The position numbers and the translations under genes are program-made. From Octopus bimaculoides (Eukaryota), in NCBI RefSeq assembly GCF_001194135.2, contig NC_068997.1, positions 7,980,648-8,044,647 on the forward strand: a stretch of DNA of 64,000 nucleotides. Direction: 5' to 3'. Below are positions 47,901-60,553 of this stretch, piece after piece. The first letter of the stretch is position 1, and each line of letters opens with the position of its first letter. Under the pieces are notes generated by a model that was given only the letters and a program-made list of their open reading frames with translations, did no database searches and was not told where the DNA came from.

Positions 47901-50900
47901 ATCAATATTTTTTTTATAAACAATGACAAAAATTAAAAACATAATTTATTGGTATATTATAGGTGTAGGGTTTCTACATATTGATGGGTTTATGAAGGAA
48001 GCATAATTATTGAAAAAAAAGTATATAACACTAAGCTGTTGGGCCTTACAAAAACCTTTGAATGGAAAGCATGAAGGTACGTCTTGGAATTCCTTTTCTA
48101 ATATGAGTTGTGCAACTTGAAAATGATGGAGGCTAATTAGAATACAAGTGGAGGCTCATGGCCTAGTGGTTAGAGCAGTGGACTCACAGTCAAGGGATTG
48201 CAGGTTTGAATCTCAGACCGGGCGATGAGTGTGTTTATGAGCAAAACACCTAAATTCCACATGGCTCCAGCAGAAGGTAATGGTGAACTTCTGCTGACTC
48301 TTTCACCACACCTTTCTCTCACTATTTCCTCCTGCATATAGCAGCTCACCTGTGATGGAACACCATCCCATCCAGATGGGGAACCTATATGCCAATGGAA
48401 CCGGGAAACTGCCCCTTATGAACCAGGCATGGCTCAAGAAGGAACAAACAACAATTAGAACACAAAGTCAACTCTGAGAAAGCAATTGGATGTCCAAAAG
48501 CCAATATCTTGTAAATATATGTAATCAAGTTAACTCTCTTCAACTTACCTTGGTGTGTAAAAGTGACAAGGTAATGCATAAAAAGCAACAACATCTGGTC
48601 AAAACCACATTCGTAATGTACACCAATGAATAAGTAGTTAATGGCTTCTGTTACCTAGGTGACCAAGTCAGTAGCAGGGGTGGATGCTCTGAGAGAATAG
48701 CTGCTAGAATAAGAATAGCCTGGGCAAAGTTCAGAGAGCCTGTACCTCTGTTGGTAACAAAGGGCCTCTTGCTCAGAGTAAAACGTAGACTGTATGATGC
48801 ATGTGTGTAAACAGCCATGCCATATGGCAGTGAAACATGGGTGGTGACTGCTGAGGATATGCGTAAGCTTGCAATGAATGAAGCTAGTATGCTCCGCTGG
48901 ATGTGTAAAATTAGTGAGCATACACGACAGAGTGTAAGCACCCTGAAAGAAAAGTTGGACATAAGAAGCATCAGATGTGGTGTGCAAGAGAGATGACTGC
49001 ACTGGTATGGTCATATGTTGCATATGGATGAGGACAGTTGTGTGAAAAAGTGTCACACCCTAGCAGTAGGGGGAACCTGTGGAAGAGGTAGACCCAGGAA
49101 GACCTGGGATGAGGTGGTGAAGCATAACTCTCAAGTGTATTTTCTCAACTGCAGCCTATCCTGAATCTTACAAAAATTGTACTTTTTTTCCCAAAGAAAA
49201 TTGTTTTACAAGTGTCAAAACATTAGCTTAATGCATACAAATTTAAAGATGAAATCACTTACAAATTCTTTTTACTGTCAGATTTATTTTGCCTTGCAAT
49301 GTAAGAGTCAACCATCTGATCTTCCCAGAGAATTAAATTTTTTTCGTTTTCTTTTTCCAAATCGGTTTCATGTATCCTTACTGTGGAAGAAAGGTATAGC
49401 AAATATTAATTATAGTGAAAGTTATTCCACATAAAGCTGTACTGGTTAGAGTGTCAAGATAATACATAATATGTTATGGTTAAGGAGTGTAGGTGCAACC
49501 CTAATGTACTACAAGAGATTATGAAGTGTAGCAGTTAAGGAAAGATATAATTGCAGTGGCTGTAGAATACACTGGTAATGGCTATATAATGTTGCAATAG
49601 CTATAGAGCGTAATACTAACATATAGACAATACAGTGGCTATATAATGTAGAGGTAATGCAAATATATACATATAACTGCTGTGGAGTTAAAACATAGAT
49701 AACGTTGTGGTAACTAGGACATAGTTTTAAAAAGAGACTATGTTGTACTGGTTATTGAGTGCAGTGCTAAGATAAACTTGCATTTGCTATGAAGTGTAGT
49801 TATTACTACACTTTAAATACAAGAAAAGTTTGGATTGTCCTTGAAGACATTAAACCAGAATAATGTTGTAGTGTGTTCATGAAGTATAGCAATAACATTT
49901 TTGGATATTTTAGGGGAATTGGTGTATCATTGTAATGTACAATTATCAGATCTGACAAGTCCAAATATGCTGAAAGTAAAGGACTCTTTCAATGAGAATG
50001 ATTCCCTAATCATGTGAGAAAAAGTTGCAATAAGATAAGTGGAAAATGAAAAGTCAGTAGGTGTTGGCAATATCCCTGCTGAACTGTTGAAGCATGAAGG
50101 AGAGGTCACAATACCCATTTGTAACAAGATCTGGCATATATGGATTATAGTGGTAATACGCAGGTAAAGTTTTAGTGGATCCTTTATTATGGCATGTACT
50201 CCTACTGTCAGTGACTAACAAACAGGTTCCTTGCATACACCTCAGTTGTGTAGCATATTGATGCAAAATATCTCTAACAGTAAAAACTGTATCCAATAAT
50301 ATGCAGAAGTACAAATTTGGGAAATTACAAAAAATAGAAATAAAACAAGGAAAAAGATATTTACAAAATGCAGATTTTCTATCAGGTTGTTTATGACTTG
50401 CTTTTTCACACAGATAACGACAGAACTGGTAGATGTTACAGAGCAGTATGAAAGGAGGAGGCAGAGGAGGGCGGATAGAAAACTCAAAGATTAGTTCATA
50501 TCTCTGGAAGGACCAATGGAGATGACTTTTTTCCTGCACTTTTTGAAAAGTAGAACTGAAATGAAAAGCAAAAAACATTACAGAATAGAATTAATTTCCA
50601 TTTTGAGCTTTCAATAATATCAAATCAAATTAAACCCTATTTTAAACCCCAGAGATGACGGTGGTACGTAAAAAGCACCATTTGAGCGCGATCGTTTCCA
50701 GCTTCGCCTTGCTGGCACTTGTACTGGTGGCATGTGAACAAAACATTGGACTGGTTTGCCAGTCCCCAGTCAAATCATCCAACCCATGCTAGCATGGAAA
50801 GCAGACGTTAAACGATGATCATCATCATCATACAACCCTGTGATATTTTATCTTATCAGTAACATATACCTATATATAGCCTATATTTAATCTCCTGATC

Positions 50901-52412
50901 ACCAAGAATTTTGCAAGGCCTCAGGGAGACAGTAACCAAACACTTTCTGTGCCATCACACTTCTGACAGTACAGTTTCACTGTGTTGATGTTTCTCGGTA
51001 AACCTCTAAATTCCATTCATTTTAGTTACTTGTGTGTGTGTGTGTGTGTGTGTGTGTGCTATACTTTATATTCTAGCATATAACTGACCAATAACCATGT
51101 CAGTATCAGTGACATTTCTGCCAATGCCAGCCAATTTGACATATGTACATCCCTGCTCACAGTGTACAATTTAAGATCCATAAGGTGTATCCAATATATC
51201 AATTTTTTGTTTTTGTAAAAGTCGCTGACAATCAAGTCTCTTCCCGGTGTTTCCTATTCTGAAATTCTCCTATCACAATTTCAAGAGATTCACCATTGAT
51301 ACTGTCTGCTTTTGGTGCAATATTCAGAACAATATTTCTTTCAGAATTCTTCTGGCTATATAATAACCCAGTTAAACTCTTTTTTATCTCCAGAATGAAT
51401 CTACATCATCCAGAGAAAGAGCCTCTGTTTTTATTGACTAACCCATCCTCTCTATAAACACTGTTAACTGATTCTGACTGAATCTCTTGTTAATTTCTTT
51501 GCTTTTTTCATTTATTGTCTTCTGAGGAAAGAGTTTCATACTGGCAGCTTTTAATTCATGTTTATGGGCAATCAAGGGTTTTCATTTTTATCTCTCAACA
51601 TGTTTCCTTATTTATTTTTAAATTTTTGTTCATTGCTTGTTTGAATTTGATGAGTATCATCACATAATTAATCATCTTCCATTTTTCTAATCCATGGTTG
51701 CACTTTTTGCATTTTATTGGTTTGTCAATGTTTAATTCCTTAACGTTTTAATGAGACTGTTTAACAGTACCCAGTATATCTGAATGTATTTAGAGGTGGG
51801 ATAAGAGAGAGAGAGAGAGAGAGAGAGAGATGGGGAGCAAGAGGCTCATACAGCACACATTAACTGATGAATTTTACAAAAATTTTAAAGTGTCGGTAAT
51901 ATTCTGAATTTTGTCAAAACAAATTAAAATATATTTTATTAATTCTAAAATAAAATTTAATGTCTAATAATTATAGTTTTTTCATATGTTTCTATTTTGT
52001 TTTCATTTCAATTATTCAAAAATGTAATCCAGTAACTATAGTTACCCACTTACTAAAACTTCATTAGCACATGTATTCACACACACATTTCAAGGAAAAG
52101 TTTTTACCTGAACATGGCAATCAGTAAATTGAGAAGCAAAATATTTGTTAGTAAAATATATATACACATCAAAATTGGTGCAACATATGAACCAAGTTCA
52201 GAAGGACATTTGCTGTCGCTCACATTACAATCTGAAACAAAGCAAATGAAAAATCATTAAATATTTTAACAATTATAATCATATTGTAATAGCATCTGAA
52301 ACTTTTACTTAAGAAATCTTCCTCTTAAGGTGTTGGCAACACAATTTTTGTGAGTTGTTATCAAACAGTAATGAAATTGGAGCCTGGTATTCTTGCATGA
52401 ATTCTCTATTGT

Positions 52413-52448
<36 letters not shown>

Positions 52449-52632
52449 TTTTAATTTTGTTTCCATTTTTTGCCGAGTGTCTTCTCAACACCTAAAGCAA
52501 AGAAACTCACATTGATAGACCATTAAGATAAATACACCAAATTGTTCAATTACAAAATCAAGTTATGTGAAAGAAAAAAAAAGAAATGAAAAAGAAAGAA
52601 AAGAAAAAGATATTCATCATCATCATCTGACA

Positions 52633-52670
<38 letters not shown>

Positions 52671-55022
52671 GGCAGAATCGTTAACACACTGGGTGAAATA
52701 CTTAACAGTTTTTCATCTGCTATTATGTTCTAAGTTCAAATTTCACTGAAGTCAACTTTGCCTTTCATCCTTTCGGGGTCGATAAAATTAGTACCAGTTA
52801 CACACTGGGGTCGATGTAATTGACTTAATCCCTTCCCCCATTCCTGTTTTTATTGTGATACCATCACTAGGTGTATCATTAATCAGACCATGAGCAGGCT
52901 CTTATTATTATTATTATTATGATAGATAAATATTACAATAAAAAAATTGTTACAATAAAATGATTATCATCATTACAATAAAAGGATTGCTATTATTATT
53001 ATAAAGGTGGCAGGCTGGCAGAATTATTAGCATAGCAGGCAAAATGCTGAGCAGCATTTTAACCTTCCTAATGCTTTGGATTCTAATTCCAATGAATTCA
53101 TCTTTGCCTTTCATCCTTTCAGGATCAATAAATTAATTACCAGTTGAGAACTGGGATTAGTGTAATTGGTTAGCCCCTGCCTCAAATGTCAGCCCTTGTA
53201 CCTATAGTAGAAAGAATTATTATTATCATCATCATCAATGATGGTGATGGTGATGATGACTTTTACATTGACAAACACTGAATTTAAAGATTCAATTGAC
53301 ATATTCCTGAAATAATATCTATTAATTTCCTTTATGCACTTGTTTCAACTACCATTAGGTAACATAGAATAAAGCATATTTTTTCTTCTTAGATGGAGCA
53401 TAAAGAAGACATTACAATGTGATGGTATCGGTCATGTTATCCAAAATATTGTTAAAAACAGAAAATACATTAATTGGTAGAGCACATGGACAGTTTTTTT
53501 ACCTAGATTGAATCAAATCCTAAATAATACAAGGACTTAATCTATTGATAACAGACGGATGAAAGCAAAGTTGAATCTGAAATGATTCCGTTTGAAAATG
53601 CAGAGTTAAAAAAGTATTCTTTAAAACTATATTTACAATTTCTGCTAACACATTCCACTTAAATACAATGTAAATTTTCTTTATGAAACTCAAAAAATGT
53701 TTGCAAGCCATTGTTTCTGTCAAATGACTTGAAAGAAAGTGAAAAAGTATATCAAATTTGTTTACCTTCATATTCTTCAAGAAAAAGTTCTCCATACATA
53801 TGAAAATAAGCTTTCCTAAATACTCTTTTAAACAAATCATAAGAAACTGGAGCACTTGGATAGAGAATTGACTGGGAAGCAATGCCATAGGCAATCATTA
53901 AGACAAATAGAATTATGATAAAATATCCAAGGTCTTGCATCTGAAAGAATAAATAATGTTAAAAAGTAAGTAGCGATAATTAATCATTTGTTAATATTAA
54001 CATAAATTAACAGTATCTACAGTTAACATTACAAAATAATTAACAATGTAGTACAAAGATACTCTATTCAATGTGAGATTTCATCAGTATTTGATTGGTT
54101 CATTTGTAGTGGTTATAATGAAGAGAATTGCAGCAGATATGATAGAGGTTGAATTGGCTGCTTCAAAACTTTTTTTTTTTTTTTTGTTTCTCTCACAGGC
54201 CTGAGTTAGAAAGGATAGAATGTATTTCTTGAGTTTAAAAATAAATCCAGTCTTGTGACTCACCATTTTCTTAATCATTATAAGCTTCGGTCCAAGATGT
54301 CTATGGAATGAGAGCATATAAAGAAACCGGATGTAAAAGGAGATCAAGTTTAAACTAAGCACCACTTTGGCATAATCATCCAGTTTCAGAAATCGAAGAA
54401 CGTACCCCATGCTGAACAAGATAATAGTTATAACATCAACAACATTCCAAATGTCACAGATGTAATTGATTAATTTTGAGCGAAGTGAGTTAGAACTTTT
54501 TGTTAACATCTGAAATGTAAGCAGAAAATAAAAATAAAATAAAACAGTTACATGCACACACACACACACACACACAAATATCTATGTCACTATGCAGTTT
54601 TATTAAGGCAGCAGGCTGGCAGAAACGTTAGCACACTGGGCAAAATGCTTAGCGGGTATTTTGTTTGTCTTTTACGTTCTGAGTTCAAATTCCTTTTCAT
54701 CCTTTCAGGGCCAATAAATTAAGTACCAGTTGCGTACTGGGGTCGATCTAATCGACTGGCCACACCCCAAAAATTTCAGGACTTGTGCCTAGAGTAGAAA
54801 AGATTATTCAGCTTTATTTCAAGATCTCTTGCCAACAGAGAAAGAACCGGTTTCTAACCTAGATACACGGTACCTTCATTGGAATTTCAACATCAACAAC
54901 AGGGGTTTTTTTATGTATATGCGCAGATTTGTATGTTTTATGTTTGTCTTCTCATGCATATATTTGCACATCTAGATATGCACATATATACTTAAATGAT
55001 AAACTTATGTATGTATATGTAC

Positions 55023-55060
<38 letters not shown>

Positions 55061-55260
55061 ACTCTTACTGATCATGTAAGAGAGTAATGAATCTGTAATG
55101 AAATGACAATATATGCTGAAAACGGTCAGGTTAATCCCTTTTTCTGGCTACAAGGATAAAAACGCAGAGCTTAACCAAATCTGTTTTCCACATTATGGCT
55201 GAAAATGTGTCTTGACTAAAAATAAATACTTGTAAGGTTACCTTATAGCATTTTATATAT

Positions 55261-55292
<32 letters not shown>

Positions 55293-55523
55293 CAAATGAC
55301 TATTTATGATGGAATCAGATTTCTAAAAGTGTTAATACTTACCATGTCTCTTTTGAAAATCTGAAAGAATAAATAGAAATAATTGCCGTCAATCAATAAA
55401 TTGAAACCATGCAAACATCTTCAGGCACGAGGCTCTGGAAAATCAGTATAAATCCATCATGCTTCATGCAGTATATGTATGTGTGTGTGTGTGTGTGTGC
55501 TTGTGTGTGTGTGTGTGTGTATA

Positions 55524-55554
<31 letters not shown>

Positions 55555-58500
55555 CAAACTGTGGAAAATAGGTCCTTCAAAGGGGTGTGTTAAACATCCA
55601 GTTCACTGGTATGTCAGTTGAATACCATATAAATATGGCTATAATGCAATTACAAAGATAAATTAAATACCTTTTTTGTTTTTTTTAATAATTGTTTATG
55701 TTATACGATAATATGTTATATTATATTCGTAGTATATTATGTAATATCATAATGTAAATAAATTAAAGGATTGTCAATAGTATCTCTCTAATTTATCTTT
55801 ATATATCATCATCATCATCATCATTTAACGTCCGCTTTCCATGCTAGCATAAGTTGGGCGATTTGACTGAGGACTGGCGAACCAGATGGCTGCACCAGGC
55901 TCCAATCTGATCTGGCAGAGTTTCTACAGCTGGATGCCCTTCCTAACGCCAACCACTCCGAGAGTGTAGTGGGTGCTTTTACGTGCCACCAGCACAAGGG
56001 GCAGTCGGACGGTACTGGCAACGGCCACGCTCAAATGGTATTTTTTACGTGCCACCTGCACAGGAGTCAGTCCAGCAGCACTGGCAACGACCTTGCTTGA
56101 ATGTTTTGTTCATGTGCCACTGGCGCAAGTGCCAGTAAGGCAACGCTGGTAACGATCACGCTCAAATGGTGCTTTTTACGTGCCACTGGCATGGAAGCCA
56201 GACAGCTGCCCTGGCAATGATCCCGCTCAGATGGTGCTGTTAGCGCTCCATTGGCATGGGTGCCAGTCATCGAATTTGGTTTAATTTCGATTTCACTTGT
56301 GCCAACAGGTCTTCGCAAGCTGAGTTTAGTGTCCAATGAAGGAAGGTTGGCATGGTTGCCAGTCATTGAATTTGGTTCAATTTCGATAAGAAAGAAAATG
56401 TGGAAGATAAAATTTCAACAAGATTAGTTTATTTAAAAATTTCTAATTTATTTTATAATTATGAAAATATAAATTGTTTTTACACTTTACAATTTAATAA
56501 ACTACATTATTAAATGTTGATAATGAGAAAGAAGTGTTGAAATGTAATGTTGAATTATGAAGCAAAAACATTCATTCTGTCTCTGTTATGAGCAGTTATA
56601 TCAAAGTCACGGTGTCTCTGCTTGGACATATGTAAAGAAATCTGTACAACATTATACTGAATGTCTGTAGGAGATGGAATGCAAGAATTATTATAATAGT
56701 CAAAGTTAATGCTTGATGAAGAAGCTTGGAATTCTCTCTATAAGGGGATATCAAAGGTCTTTTATTTATGGATATACAGTCTCTAAAGTGTAAGCTAGCC
56801 ACAGGAGTACCTCTCCAACCTATACATTGTTTGGACAGACAAGCCTAAAACTAACATAAAGTGCTGAAGTTTCATCCAGATGCAGATCAAAATTACTGGG
56901 TATATATAAATAGATTTTGAAAGCTCTTTGATACTAGGTGAATTGCAGAACTTCTACTCAAGCAGAAGATAGGATAGAAATATTACTAAAAATATAAAAA
57001 TTGTTCCATATGATTGTTTTACAAAAGGTCTTCCCAAACAACCTTCTAAGAAAATAGATTTAGGCATTTATAATATCATGACTTTAAGGCACAATAGGAT
57101 AATTTATGAAATATCCATGTAGGGACTGTAAAATAAAATATAATAAAGACTGTAACGACCTTGCGACCAGGAAATGGTAACGAAGGAATGGCTCCTTTAA
57201 CGCATCGCACAGTCGGCACAAATATAAAAAACAAGAAATGGAAATGAGGTTAAAATGAGTTAAGTGCCAACAAGGAAAAGAGAGACACAAATGGTAAAAA
57301 GTATGAGAAAGGTTTTATTGGTTGTCAACTAGAATGTCTGTGTGTGTGTGTGTTTGTGTGTGAATGCGACATAACAAAACACAATAATAGACAAGCTGTC
57401 ATATAAACAATGAGTGTGTGTATACAAACATGTGTATGTGAGTGCGAGAGATAGAGAGCATAGAAAAGAGTCTATAAGGGCGTTAGAAGAAAGTCCAGAC
57501 ACAAGGATGAGAAATACCAGTTCGTATTCAAGGTACACAGTGGTTGAGGTGCTATACAAGAAGTCGTGGCCGTATAGCAGAGCCGGAGAAAAGATACTGT
57601 CGCCCGAGAAGTTGAGGCTTCAATGCTGTGGCCGGTTACTAGGTACAGGAGTTCTCACAGGTTGTACTCGGTGTTAACCATGGTGAAGCAATTCACACAA
57701 ACAGTATTGAGAGAACCTGTGTGGGTGTTGTTGGTGGTGTGTAACGTAGAGACGTCGGTGTAAAAACTAAGAACCAATGCAATCATTACATCAATTTAAA
57801 TACACACACACAGACATGCATATATATATATATATAAATATATATATAATAAAAAATACACATTAAGTAAAGGACATCACCAGCAGGGCATCAAGCATCT
57901 CTGGGTATTCTTTCTCATGCCAACCATTTTACTGAATGTACTGGCTGTATTTTACTATGACAGTACCCTCATCTATTTTACACAGAATTCATAACCACTA
58001 AACACTAGAATAGTTTTGATTAAATAATTTTGAGATAGTACTTACCTGGTGTATTTCTTCTGTAAATATTCCAATCACCCACACAATAAGAAGCCATTCT
58101 AGATAAAAAATCTGAGGTTTCAGCTCAACAAGTAACACATAGCTATAAATTCCAAGGAAAATTATATAAAATATCTGGAAGAGAAAAAGAATTTGAGGAA
58201 CATTAAATTTATTGTCACAAGGATTTGATGTCAAATACTTGATTATATTTAAACAAAAGGAACACATGGGAGAAGATTAAAAACTGAAAACCCATTTTTA
58301 TTTTCTCACATATATTCTTTTTACATCTGCTGTGTTTAAATGTAAAGAATGAACTAGAAGGGTGTAAGTAAAATTGTCAAAATCTATGCTTTGAGCTAAA
58401 TATGAATATGTGCATACATGAATGTGTATGTGTTCTTTTGTATGTTGGTACATGAGTGTGTGGGTGTCTGTATGTCAGCACAATCCTGTCCTTGGTTATA

Positions 58501-59986
58501 CGTGTGTATATGTATGTACATGTGTATGTCTTGATATATCTGTACATATGTAAATGTGTGTGTATGTGTGTGCATATTGTCTGTGTATATGAATATTTAC
58601 ATGTGTGTACTTCCTATCAGCTGAAACACAGTTTTGTTGTTAAGATCATTTTGAAATCTTGCTGCCACAGGTTCAATCCTACAACATGGAATCTTGGGCA
58701 AGTATCTTCTACCCATAGTCTTAGAGTGACCAAAACAGGGTGAGTAAATTTTATGTCATGAGGAAGAAAAAAAGTTTTAATATTTCAAACTCTTCTCCCT
58801 CTTAACAGAGAGAAAGGGAGGGAGAGTGGGAGAGAGAGAAAGAGGGAGAGAAGGAGAGAGAGACTATAATTTTATTTAGATTCATAAATTAGTAATGCAG
58901 ATACAAATAAAGGGGAGAAATAACAACTGGAACATTCATTGTTGAAACCTAAAGAGGAGCTGTTAACTTCTTATGAGGAGAGGTGAAGGATGGAATTCAG
59001 TATATGAGAGTAACTGAATCCAGAAAGAAACAGAGGCTGTATTTTGACATTTCTAAAGATTAAAATGCTACAAAAATGGAATTATTTAAATGGCGATTCA
59101 AACTATTTAGTCTTTAACTGAGACAGTGGAGTAATATTAATTTCAAATTTTGGTTCAAGGCCAGCAATTTCAGGGATGAGTAAGTCAATTACATTGACTG
59201 ACCCCAGTACTCAACTGATATTTATTGACCCCAAAAGGATGAAATATAAAGTCAACCCTGGCTGAATTTGAACTCTGAATGTAAAAACAGAAGAAATGCC
59301 ACTAACCATTTTGCCTGGTGCAGCAACGATTCTTTAGACAATGAAGTAACATTAATTTCTGAGGTAAAAGGGATCTAAGTTTAGGGGCTGGTCTAGTCAC
59401 TTAAAACAATACCAGCATTTGTCTGGTATCATATTACTGACCCCAGAAGGAAGAAGAGCAAAGTTAACCCTAGAAAGATCTGAATGTAGAATGAAGAAGG
59501 GCTCTAATTAAAAACATCAAAGCATCTTTTGTCTGATTTTCATCTAATTCTATCAAGAAATATTAAAAACAAATTAACTTATTTAAATATGCTCACATTT
59601 CAGTGAAGTTTAATAAACAAAATACCTTCTCAAAAATATTAAGTCTTCAACTTTTTTCATCTCGTTTTAAAGGTGTTATTCAAAAGAAGAAGGGCAGTGA
59701 GAAATTGGAAGAAGAAATCAAACACTTTTGTAAAATTTGTTTTAAAAGAGTAAATGTTTTCTTCTCTCTTAGAATTTATTTGAAAGGAAAATTTACCCAC
59801 ACAAAGAAACATTTAAATATTTATGTGTTGGTACATACCAAATTGCTCAAAAACTTTACGACAGGAGTATTATAAAATGATGCGCATCTGTAGAACATAC
59901 TGCAACATTCTCCACATGACTTGCAGCAACATCTAGATCTGAATTAGAATAATTTATTTTACTAATTAATAATAAATTGCAAATAA

Positions 59987-60029
<43 letters not shown>

Positions 60030-60510
60030 ACCATCTGAGAATATAAAATACAATTGTAACATGGAAGTCATCTCTAACAGACAAGCAGGTAACTAAAACC
60101 ATCCCCTTGTCACTTCACATCATTTTAAGTCACTGATGCAGTCAAACCCCTTAGCCTCAAATCATTCATGTGCAGCAGCACAACCAAACAATGTGAACAC
60201 TTGGTAAACCTCATCCAATTTCACTAATTGGGACAGATTATTCCCATCACAGTAGCAATCTATTGCAGCACATCATATCAGACCTTAATCTAGATAACTC
60301 CAGCAGAACCGTATCTACTCTTGTGTGGATATACACTCTGCCTGCTAGTTTGTTTGCCATTCTTTCAAGTACAGTACCAAAAATAATGGATAACTGCTTT
60401 ACTCTATGGATGACTGGAAAGTGGGATGACACAACACCAAGTCAAAGATTCATTAAATGGTAGTTTGTCAATTGATTCAATCCTAATATATAGATGGTAC
60501 TTATGTTAGC

Positions 60511-60553
<43 letters not shown>

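Noticed and set aside
53503-53519. 17-nt segment with acceptor and donor (tatttag|GATTTGATTCAATCTAG|gtaaaa) after the TRPM pore exon
   Set aside because: In the required phase it ends in TAG, and the flanking exons join without it. It could only be a poison exon, and there is no supporting evidence.
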